Assembly (NCBI GenBank): GCA_014360205.1
Contig: JACIXZ010000001.1
Coordinates: 58,137-90,136 of the forward strand
Source: Tissierellales bacterium
GTDB taxonomy: Bacteria > Bacillota > Clostridia > Tissierellales > Tissierellaceae
Direction: 5' to 3'
DNA length: 32,000 nt
The notes below the pieces were generated by a model, which was not told the origin of the DNA, made no database searches, and saw only the letters and a list, made by a program, of their open reading frames with translations. Every line of letters begins with the position of its first letter. The first letter of the stretch is position 1. Made by a program: the position numbers and the translations under genes. Positions 18,554 through 26,531 of this stretch are shown piece by piece.

Positions 18554-20068
18554 TTATTCAATAGTTACTATTATTGGATTTTCGCTACCTGAAAATATAG
18601 TATATATATTGTCAATATCTGGATATTTATCATTAATCCTCTTTAATAGTATATTAATTTCATCTTTAGTTAGATCATAACCATAATATATTGTTAAACT
18701 GTCACCTTTTTGAGGATTTAATTTTTCAATTGCTTCCATGGCTAGATCTAAATAATCTTTTACATCGTTTGTGCTAACTTCTTTAACAATTTGTTCATTT
18801 ATTATTAAATGGCAAACATCTTCTGTATGATTTAGTCTAGCATAATTTGTATAACTTGATAATCTTTCGATTTCTGATTTTGAAGGTAAATCTTCAGAAT
18901 ACATTGAAATAAGTACCGACAAAATTTGAACTTCATTTAATATATAGATGGGGCTAGGTGAATTCAATTGAATTTTTTCTGTAGATAAAATCAAAGTATT
19001 TGAGTTAATATACTCATTTATAATATTTTTCTTTTTATTAGTAAGTTCTTTATCCATTGCGGCATCTGCACCAGACATTGCATACATTGCGATTAGACCA
19101 GGGCTAGAACCAAAAGCTAATATGTGGTATTTTCTCGATTTCATTTCATCTTGAGAATAATCTGCATATTGGCTTTGCATATCTCTTATGATAATATTTT
19201 CTATTTTTGATATTTTATAAACCTCTTCAATTACTCTAAGAGGATTAGATGTGTGTATGTGAACATAAATGCCAGATGAACTATCTCTGGTTATTAGTTC
19301 ATCACCTAAGGTTGATAAAGAAGCTCTGAGAGTTGGTTCTATTTTTTTCTCTTGAGCAGCTACTTTGAACTCCATATCATAAGGGTTTTCGAAATCGAAA
19401 CTATCATCATATACAAAGTAATTTTTTTCTAAATCTATGGTTATATCATCATTAACATCTAACCCTATGGCTTTTGCAAGAGATGAAAAAAACAAATATA
19501 GTCCCCAAGCCCCAGCATCAAAAGCATCTTTGTTTTTTAATACCGAAAGTATGTCCTTTGTTTTTAGAAGGGATTTTTTAGATTCAAAAAACAAATCATT
19601 AATAAATTCATCAAGTGTTGTTTTGTCCGATACTTCTGCTTTTTCAGCTACTTCTCTAGCAACAGTGAGTATCGTGCCTTCTTTAGGATTCATTAAGGAA
19701 TTATATGAAGATTCATAAGCGGTTTTGAAAGCTTTAGATAATAAATTTAAATCTGCTTTATCGTGTCCTTCAAAGGTTTCACTTAATCCTCTGAAATATT
19801 CGGATATAATAGCCCCAGAATTGCCAGTGGAACCTGATCTAGCACCTAAAAAAATTGCTTTAGATATATCATCGAGTTTATCTGAATCTATATTAATCAA
19901 ATTTTCATAAGCCGACTCAACAGTTGCTAAAAGATTATTTCCGGTATCTCCATCAGGAACAGGATAAAGGTTTATCTTATTTAAATTGTCTTTTTTCTCC
20001 TTAAGTTCTTTAAGATAAATGGAGATAGTGTCTTTATAAATTTTACCGGTAAAATATGAATTTTTCAT
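18554..20068 (-). CDS. fakA: DAK2/DhaL-domain protein, FakA-like fatty acid kinase
   Basis: NLYPVPDGDTGNNLLATVESA..., GARSGSTGNSGAIISEYFRG, NPKEGTILTVARE, DAGAWGL. RBS ggagg upstream. Confidence 0.85.
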   Translation of the reverse strand: MKNSYFTGKIYKDTISIYLKELKEKKDNLNKINLYPVPDGDTGNNLLATVESAYENLINIDSDKLDDISKAIFLGARSGSTGNSGAIISEYFRGLSETFEGHDKADLNLLSKAFKTAYESSYNSLMNPKEGTILTVAREVAEKAEVSDKTTLDEFINDLFFESKKSLLKTKDILSVLKNKDAFDAGAWGLYLFFSSLAKAIGLDVNDDITIDLEKNYFVYDDSFDFENPYDMEFKVAAQEKKIEPTLRASLSTLGDELITRDSSSGIYVHIHTSNPLRVIEEVYKISKIENIIIRDMQSQYADYSQDEMKSRKYHILAFGSSPGLIAMYAMSGADAAMDKELTNKKKNIINEYINSNTLILSTEKIQLNSPSPIYILNEVQILSVLISMYSEDLPSKSEIERLSSYTNYARLNHTEDVCHLIINEQIVKEVSTNDVKDYLDLAMEAIEKLNPQKGDSLTIYYGYDLTKDEINILLKRINDKYPDIDNIYTIFSGSENPIIVTIE

Positions 20069-20157
20069 TTTTTCCTCCTCATAATGTAGTAATCAATACT
20101 TATAATATACCAGAAAAAAAGATAATTAATCAGAAAAATGAAAGAGAGGTTTGATAA

Positions 20158-20727
20158 ATGAATATACTTATTTTAATACTAGCTTATTTATTAGGCTCTA
20201 TTCCAACTGCATTCATTATAGGTAAAATATTTGAGAAAAAAGATATCACAGAACTTGGTAGTGGAAACGTAGGTACGATTAATGCGATTAAGAATTTTGG
20301 CATTATACCAGGTGTTTTGACATTTTTATTTGATGCGTCAAAAGCGGTATTAGCAGTTTCAATAGCAAAAAATTACAGCAGATATGATATATTACCATAT
20401 TTTGCATCGTTTCTTGTTATTTTAGGGCATAATTTTAGCATTTTTCTGAAATTCAAAGGAGGAAAAGGATTAGCATGCCTAGTTGGTATATTACTGATAA
20501 TTTCTCCTGTTACAATAATATATCTATTTGGGTTTATTGGTATTTTGACTCTTGCTTTCGGGAAAAAAGCAAATGCAGCAACTGGAATTGGAATTTTTAT
20601 CCTGCCAATTATATTATATTATCAAAATGCACCATTAGAAGGAGTCATTACTAGTTTCTTAATTTCTTTGCTTGTTATGTATAAGAATTTAGATTATATA
20701 AAAGCTTTTCTAAATAAAGAATCTTAA
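20158..20727 (+). CDS. plsY: Acyl-phosphate:glycerol-3-phosphate acyltransferase
   Basis: YLLGSIPTAFIIGKIFEKKDITELGSGNVGTINAIKNFG, GHNFSIFLKFKGGKG, ANAATGIGIF. Confidence 0.9.
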   Translation: MNILILILAYLLGSIPTAFIIGKIFEKKDITELGSGNVGTINAIKNFGIIPGVLTFLFDASKAVLAVSIAKNYSRYDILPYFASFLVILGHNFSIFLKFKGGKGLACLVGILLIISPVTIIYLFGFIGILTLAFGKKANAATGIGIFILPIILYYQNAPLEGVITSFLISLLVMYKNLDYIKAFLNKES

Positions 20728-20748
20728 TATTAGGAGAGGGATAAAATC

Positions 20749-21963
20749 ATGGAAAAACAATCCAAATATTCACCTGCTGTAACAGTAATAATATTATTTG
20801 GGGTTATTAGTTTACTAGGAGATGCAGTATATGAAGGAGCTAGAAGTGCAAACAGCCAGTACTTTAATTTGTTAAATATAAGTGCTACTCAAGTAGGGAT
20901 AGTTTTCGGAATTGGAGAATTTATAGGTTATGCTTTAAGGTTAATAGCTGGAATTTTCTCAGACAAGACAAGGCGATATTGGCTATTTATGTTTTTGGGA
21001 TATGGAATGCTAATAGCAGTTCCTTTAATGGGATTTACCATGAATTGGAATATATTAATAGTATTGATTTTAATGGAAAGAATTGGGAAAGCAATAAGAA
21101 ATCCATCTAAAGACACAATAGTTTCAGCAGTTGCTCAAAATCAAGTTGGAGTTGGCTTCGCATTTGGGCTTCAAGAAGCCTTAGATCAAATAGGTGCTTT
21201 AGTTGGACCATTGATATTTACACTGGTGTTTTTAGTAGCAGGAGAAAATGAGATATCACAATACCAATTAGGCTATAAAACACTATTTATTCCATTTATA
21301 TTGCTAATGGGTTTTCTAATATTTTCATACAACAAGATAAAAAAAGAAAATTTGATAAAAGAAGTTCATGTAAATGACTTTATTGAAGAACAATTACAAC
21401 CTACTTTTTGGATATATACTGCTTTTACTTTTTTTGCAACTTTAGGATTTTTGAATTTCAGCATTATTGGATATCATTTAAAAGATACAGGAATATTTAG
21501 CGATGGAAACATAACTTTACTATATGGGATAGCAATGGGAATAGATGCATTAACTGCTCTTTTATTTGGCAAGATTTATGATAATTTGAAATCAAAAACA
21601 GGAATAAAGACATCAGGACTTTTAACATTACTTGCAATACCTTTTTTATCAGTAATATTACCAATATTTGCATTGACTGATTCAAAAGTGCTAGTAATCA
21701 TAGGAATGGTAGTTTTTGGTATTATAATGGGAGTCCACGAAACAATTATGAGATCAGCTATTGCGGATATAACACCATTTAATAAAAGAGGAACAGGCTA
21801 TGGAGTGTTTAATGCAGCATATGGTTTAGCATTATTAGGAGGATCTTCACTAATGGGATTCTTATATGACAAGGGATCAATAAGCACTATAGCATTTATT
21901 GTTGCTTTATTTGAAATAATTGCACTTATGCTTTATTATAAGATGAATAAGATGATTAAATAG
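20749..21963 (+). CDS. MFS transporter
   Basis: 12-TM pattern: ARSANSQYFNLLNISATQVGIVFGIGEFIGYALRLIAGIFSDKTRRYW... and RSAIADITPFNKRGTGYGVFNAAYG. Confidence 0.88.
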   Translation: MEKQSKYSPAVTVIILFGVISLLGDAVYEGARSANSQYFNLLNISATQVGIVFGIGEFIGYALRLIAGIFSDKTRRYWLFMFLGYGMLIAVPLMGFTMNWNILIVLILMERIGKAIRNPSKDTIVSAVAQNQVGVGFAFGLQEALDQIGALVGPLIFTLVFLVAGENEISQYQLGYKTLFIPFILLMGFLIFSYNKIKKENLIKEVHVNDFIEEQLQPTFWIYTAFTFFATLGFLNFSIIGYHLKDTGIFSDGNITLLYGIAMGIDALTALLFGKIYDNLKSKTGIKTSGLLTLLAIPFLSVILPIFALTDSKVLVIIGMVVFGIIMGVHETIMRSAIADITPFNKRGTGYGVFNAAYGLALLGGSSLMGFLYDKGSISTIAFIVALFEIIALMLYYKMNKMIK

Positions 21964-22161
21964 GTGAATTGCATAGTTATTAAAACGCAAAAAAAGAAAA
22001 ACATAAAATTTGATTAGTGTATAATAATAAGACAATATAATTTATAAATACATTTTTATGAAAGATAACGATAAAGTCTTTTTGGTTGCTTGTGATTAAA
22101 GCACGTTCGCAATAAGCACAAATTAGAACTAAATGAGAAGTTACTTGTTCATTTGAGTTAT

Positions 22162-22240
22162 AACAATGGCCAACATTTCTATTTAAATTTGATGTATGTA
22201 AATTTAAATTATTAGATATAATGAGGCCATTGTTTTTTTT
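22162..22240 (+). terminator. Large hairpin with poly-U tail; possible terminator or 3' end of a structured RNA
   Basis: Outer stem AACAATGGCC (22162-22171) / GGCCATTGTT (22225-22234), inner stem ATTTAAATTT / AAATTTAAAT, followed by a T-run to 22240. Confidence 0.5.
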
Positions 22241-22291
22241 AAATACCTAACGAGTCAATAATATAAATCATTCTTAGAATACCATTCTAAT

Positions 22292-22636
22292 CTATTTTTT
22301 ATTAAACTTCAGATAAATTGAAACATATATAATAAGCATAGTGGCAAATACAATATATTTTATATAATTATTTATATTTTCCATAAGCAAAACTGATATA
22401 TATACACCTGCCATGATAACTATTAATAAAATCAATGTAGGTCTTAAACTTGGCCAATCTTTAACCCTATTAAAATACTTGTATCTTATTAGAACAAGTA
22501 AAAATCCCCAAACAATAGTAGAGACTAATGCAATAATATCATAATGATGAATTAAAGAAATAGATATAAATATTATGTACACAATATTTATAATAAAGTT
22601 TATTACAGTAAATTTGTTTTTATTATTAATTTTCAT
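22292..22636 (-). CDS. Small membrane protein of unknown function (4 predicted TM segments)
   Basis: MKINNKNKFTVINFIINIVYIIFISISLIHHYDIIALVSTIVWGFLLVLIRYKYF...; long ORF for an intergenic position; no recognised family. Confidence 0.5.
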   Translation of the reverse strand: MKINNKNKFTVINFIINIVYIIFISISLIHHYDIIALVSTIVWGFLLVLIRYKYFNRVKDWPSLRPTLILLIVIMAGVYISVLLMENINNYIKYIVFATMLIIYVSIYLKFNKK

Positions 22637-23012
22637 CTGCCTTCACTCACATAAATTAAATTTGACATAAAACCACCATAAACTTGATATTGTAGTGCTC
22701 TAGATATGTTACTAATTTTCCGCCAATATTGCTTGGCACAGGAATATATTCTAATCTTTCAATGCTTCATCTGTTATGTCATTTGAAAATGAGATGCTGA
22801 TGAAAATGCCATAAAAACCATTAATAAGCTTAGTGTGATAATAAAAATTTATTTTGATTTTAATATAAACATCATGATGTCCTTACATATAATCTAATTA
22901 TATTTCGAATATAACTAGATTATATCAATAAACTAATGTTAATACAAATATTTATAACCATAATAATTAGTATTGACAATCAGATGACAAAGATATATTA
23001 TAATAGCAGAGT

Positions 23013-23118
23013 ATCTTCAGGGCGAGGTGCAATTCCTCACCGGTGGTAAAGCCCACGAGCCGAAAGGTTGATCTGGTGAAATTCCAGAGCCGACAGTATA
23101 GTCTGGATGAAAGAAGAT
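23013..23118 (+). promoter_or_regulatory. FMN riboswitch (RFN element)
   Basis: ATCTTCAGGGCGAGGTGCAATTCCTCACCGGTGGTAAAGCCCACGAGCC...GATCTGGTGAAATTCCAGAGCCGACAGTATAGTCTGGATGAAAGAAGAT. P1 is ATCTTC/GAAGAT. Confidence 0.97.
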
Positions 23119-23133
23119 TTTATTCGATTTGTG

Positions 23134-23160
23134 CCCCGAAGATTGCTTCGGGGATTTTTT
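23134..23160 (+). terminator. Riboswitch expression-platform terminator
   Basis: CCCCGAAG-ATTG-CTTCGGGG-ATTTTTT directly after the FMN aptamer. Confidence 0.9.
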
Positions 23161-23195
23161 ATTCCCGAAGTAATTTTAAATTATGGAGGGATTTT

Positions 23196-23804
23196 ATGTA
23201 CACTTTAAGCAAAGACATGTGGAAAACAGAGACTTTGACAAAGCTTGCAGTATTGGGAGTATTAGCATTTGTATTAATGCTTTTTGAATTTCCTTTAGTA
23301 TGGCTTGCACCACCATTTTTAAAACTTGATATTTCTGATTTGCCCGCATTACTAGGTTCTTTTGCACTAGGACCCATGGCTGGAGTAATTGTACAACTCT
23401 TAAAGAATTTACTTTTTATAACAATAAGAGGTTCAGCTTCTTCTGGAGTTGGTGAGTTGGCTAATTTTATAGTTGGTAGTGTATTTGCATATACTGCAGG
23501 AGCTATTTATTTCAAGAAGAAGACTATGAATAGAGCTGTTTTAGGGCTAGTATCTGGTACTTTAATGATGACTTTAATTATTACATTTGCGAACTACTTC
23601 TTTTTATTCCCAATGTATGCCAGAGTATATGGACTTTCAATAGAGACTTTAGTTGAAATGGGAACAGCTATTAATTCTAATATAGTTGATTTAAAAACAA
23701 TGATGGTTTATGCTATAGTTCCTTTCAATTTATTGAAAGGGATACTAGTAAGTGCAATAACAATACTTGTTTATAAGCGACTCTCCCCAATATTGCATAA
23801 ATAA
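23196..23804 (+). CDS. ribU: ECF transporter S component, riboflavin (RibU)
   Basis: KLAVLGVLAFVLMLFEFPLVWLAPPFLKLDISDLPALLGSFALGPMAGVIVQLLKNLL, preceded by the FMN riboswitch. Real start is ATG at 23196 (tggaggg); the track start at 23043 runs through the riboswitch. Confidence 0.92.
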   Translation: MYTLSKDMWKTETLTKLAVLGVLAFVLMLFEFPLVWLAPPFLKLDISDLPALLGSFALGPMAGVIVQLLKNLLFITIRGSASSGVGELANFIVGSVFAYTAGAIYFKKKTMNRAVLGLVSGTLMMTLIITFANYFFLFPMYARVYGLSIETLVEMGTAINSNIVDLKTMMVYAIVPFNLLKGILVSAITILVYKRLSPILHK

Positions 23805-23807
23805 GAG

Positions 23808-23839
23808 AAAAAGTCAGTGCCTTAAGGCACTGACTTTTT
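23808..23839. terminator. Bidirectional rho-independent terminator (perfect 32-nt palindrome)
   Basis: AAAAAGTCAGTGCCTTAAGGCACTGACTTTTT. Confidence 0.9.
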
Positions 23840-23910
23840 AATGAACTTTGTTTGAAGAATAATTTATATTTTGCTATAATTAGATGACAATATTTTATGG
23901 AGATAAAAAA

Positions 23911-24363
23911 ATGGAGATAGTTTTTAAAAATTTAAATGAAGTTGAAAAATTTGGTGAAAAACTTGGTTCATTATTAAATGAAGGGGACATAATCTGTCTT
24001 AATGGTGATTTAGGGGCAGGAAAGACTACTCTAACTCAAGCAATAGGAAGAGGCCTTAAAGTGAAAGACTATATTACAAGTCCAACTTTCACAATAATAA
24101 ATGAATATGAGGGAAAATTACCATTATATCATTTCGACATCTATAGACTCGATAATGAAGAAGATTTAAGTTTATTAGGTGCTGAAGATTATTTTTATTC
24201 ATATGGAGTATGTGTAATTGAATGGGCTGATAATGCAAGGAATATACTGCCAAAGGAAAGATTGGACATTTGGATTTATATAGAAGATGAAAACATAAGG
24301 AAGTATGATTTAATTCCTCATGGAAAAAGGTACATTAAATTACTGGAGGAGCTACTTAAATGA
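23911..24363 (+). CDS. tsaE: tRNA threonylcarbamoyladenosine biosynthesis ATPase TsaE
   Basis: GDIICLNGDLGAGKTTLTQAIGRGL, VKDYITSPTFTIINEYEG, YHFDIYRL, CVIEWADN. ATG at 23911 with ggag. Confidence 0.93.
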   Translation: MEIVFKNLNEVEKFGEKLGSLLNEGDIICLNGDLGAGKTTLTQAIGRGLKVKDYITSPTFTIINEYEGKLPLYHFDIYRLDNEEDLSLLGAEDYFYSYGVCVIEWADNARNILPKERLDIWIYIEDENIRKYDLIPHGKRYIKLLEELLK

Positions 24364-25055
24364 AAATATTAGGTATGGATACATCGACGTTGATGACAAC
24401 TGTGGCTATAACTGAAGATAAGAAACTTTTAGGAGAATATTCCTTATCTGTTGATATGAGTCATTCGGAAATGTTAGTGCCAATGATAAAAAATGTATTA
24501 GATAGTTTAAAAATCAAGATAGAGGATATTGATCTATATGCAATCTCAATTGGGCCAGGTTCATTTACAGGATTAAGGATTGCTTTAGCAACAGCAAAAG
24601 GATTTGCTTTAGCTCAAAAAAAACCAGTTATTGGAGTATCGACACTTGAAGTCTTAGCTTATAATGTTTGCTCAAAATCATACATAGTACCTATGCTTGA
24701 TGCAAGAAAAGACAGGGTATTCTCTGGGATATATAAATGGGAAGAGAACAAATTAGTTGTTATAAAACCAGATGATGCTCTAGAAATTGAAGAGTATTGC
24801 AAATATCTTAATAAAAATTATGATAAACTTTATGTAAATGGGAATGGTAGCATCACATATAAAGCTATAATAGAAAAGATTTTAGGAGAGAAAGTTACTT
24901 TCACTCCATATAATCTAAATTATATAAGAGCTAGTAGCATTTGTGAGATTGCTTATGATAGATTTAAAGAAGGATTAATCGATGATGTAGACAATTTAAA
25001 ACCAGTATATTTAAGAGAATCTCAAGCTGAAAGACAGTTTTCAAAGGGAGAATAG
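24360..25055 (+). CDS. tsaB: tRNA threonylcarbamoyladenosine biosynthesis protein TsaB
   Basis: MKILGMDTSTLMTTVAI..., SVDMSHSEMLVPMIKNVLDS, AISIGPGSFTGLRIALATAKGFA. 4-nt overlap with tsaE. Confidence 0.93.
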   Translation: MKILGMDTSTLMTTVAITEDKKLLGEYSLSVDMSHSEMLVPMIKNVLDSLKIKIEDIDLYAISIGPGSFTGLRIALATAKGFALAQKKPVIGVSTLEVLAYNVCSKSYIVPMLDARKDRVFSGIYKWEENKLVVIKPDDALEIEEYCKYLNKNYDKLYVNGNGSITYKAIIEKILGEKVTFTPYNLNYIRASSICEIAYDRFKEGLIDDVDNLKPVYLRESQAERQFSKGE

Positions 25056-25056
25056 A

Positions 25057-25500
25057 ATGAAAGTTACAATCAGACAAATGGAATCAAAAGACTTAATGGA
25101 AGTTTATGACATAGAGAAAGAATCTTTCTCAATACCTTGGAGTTACGAAGCATTAAAGAAAGAGGTTGAAGAAAACTTATTGGCGCTATATATTGTTGCT
25201 GAAATAGATGAAAAAATAGTTGGTTATTTAGGCATGTGGAAAATAATGGATGAAGCTCATATAACAAACATTGCTGTAAAAAAAGAGTATAGAGGTCAAG
25301 GTATTGGGGATTATTTAATTTTAGCAATAATAGATTATTGTGATAAACACAATATACCAAATATCACGTTAGAGGTAAGAAAATCTAATGAAGTCGCTAT
25401 AAATTTATATAAAAAACATGGATTTAGCGAATGTGGGATTAGACCAAAATATTATATTGATGACGATGAAGATGCTTTGATAATGTGGCGAAGAAAATAG
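25057..25500 (+). CDS. rimI: Ribosomal protein S18 alanine N-acetyltransferase
   Basis: GNAT: IEKESFSIPWSYEALKKEV, HITNIAVKKEYRGQGIGDYLI, LEVRKSNEVAINLYKKHGF; between tsaB and tsaD. Confidence 0.92.
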   Translation: MKVTIRQMESKDLMEVYDIEKESFSIPWSYEALKKEVEENLLALYIVAEIDEKIVGYLGMWKIMDEAHITNIAVKKEYRGQGIGDYLILAIIDYCDKHNIPNITLEVRKSNEVAINLYKKHGFSECGIRPKYYIDDDEDALIMWRRK

Positions 25501-25509
25501 AGGTGAAAT

Positions 25510-26511
25510 ATGAAGACATTGGCGATAGAAACTTCCTGCGATGAAACTTCAATAGCTGTAATCGAAGATGGAAGAAAAATACTTTCAAATATAATTTCAA
25601 CACAGATAGAAACTCACAGAAAATTTGGAGGGGTAGTACCAGAAATAGCATCGAGAATGCATGTTGAAAATATTACAAAGATTATGCAAATAGCATTAGA
25701 TGATGCAAAAGTCAATTTAAGTGAAATTGATTTTATATCAGTTACAAAAGGACCAGGTTTAGTAGGAGCATTACTTGTAGGGGTATCATTTGCAAAAGCT
25801 TTAGCTTATAGCTTAGACATACCTTTAGTTGGAGTAAATCATATAGAAGGGCATATTTGTGCAAATTATTTATCATATGAGGATGTAGAACCGCCTTTCA
25901 TAGCTCTAGTTATTTCTGGAGGGCACACATATTTAGTGGAAGTTATTGGATATGACAAATATAATGTAATCGGAAGAACAAGAGATGATGCAGTCGGAGA
26001 AGCTTTTGATAAAGTTGCTAGAGCTTTGGGATTAGCATATCCTGGTGGGCCTCTTATAGATAAATTAGCAAAAAACGGAAATCCACAAGCAATAAACTTT
26101 CCTAGAATATATTTAGAAGAAAATAGTTACGACTTTAGCTTTAGTGGACTTAAGACAGCAGTATTAAATTATTTAAACCAAAAGAAATTAAAGGATGAAG
26201 AAATTTGTGTTGAAGATGTAGCTGCTAGTTTTCAAATGGCTATAATAGAAGTTCTGTGTGAAAAAACATTCAGATTACTTAAAGAGAAAAAAATGAACAA
26301 ACTGGTAATAGCTGGAGGTGTAGCAGCAAATAGTGCTATAAGAGATATATTTAATCAAAAATCATTAGAAAACAATATTAAGCTTTATATACCAAAGATA
26401 AATCTTTGTACAGATAATGCTGCAATGATTGGTTCAGCAGGATATTATAGTTATATTGCTGGGAATAAATCTACTCTAGACTTAAAGGTAAATGCTAATT
26501 TGAGCCTGTAA
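25510..26511 (+). CDS. tsaD: tRNA N6-adenosine threonylcarbamoyltransferase
   Basis: MKTLAIETSCDETSIAVIEDGRKILSN, GGVVPEIASRMHVENI, TKGPGLVGALLVGVSFAKALA, GVNHIEGH. Confidence 0.97.
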   Translation: MKTLAIETSCDETSIAVIEDGRKILSNIISTQIETHRKFGGVVPEIASRMHVENITKIMQIALDDAKVNLSEIDFISVTKGPGLVGALLVGVSFAKALAYSLDIPLVGVNHIEGHICANYLSYEDVEPPFIALVISGGHTYLVEVIGYDKYNVIGRTRDDAVGEAFDKVARALGLAYPGGPLIDKLAKNGNPQAINFPRIYLEENSYDFSFSGLKTAVLNYLNQKKLKDEEICVEDVAASFQMAIIEVLCEKTFRLLKEKKMNKLVIAGGVAANSAIRDIFNQKSLENNIKLYIPKINLCTDNAAMIGSAGYYSYIAGNKSTLDLKVNANLSL

Positions 26512-26531
26512 AGGATGGGAAACCATCCTTT
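26510..26531. terminator. Shared hairpin between convergent tsaD and ABC-F genes
   Basis: AAAGGATGG-GAAA-CCATCCTTT. It overlaps both stop codons. No long T-tract, so terminator strength is uncertain. Confidence 0.55.

Noticed and set aside
22100-22115. GCACGTTCGCAAT resembling a tRNA T-arm
   Set aside because: No acceptor stem, D-arm or anticodon arm can be assembled around it.
22733-22750. TTGGCACAGGAATATATT as another sigma-54 promoter
   Set aside because: The -24-like half is present but there is no GC dinucleotide at the required N10 spacing, and no gene follows in the right place.
23043-23195. N-terminal extension of RibU in the ORF track
   Set aside because: This stretch is the FMN riboswitch and terminator; a good RBS and ATG occur at 23196.
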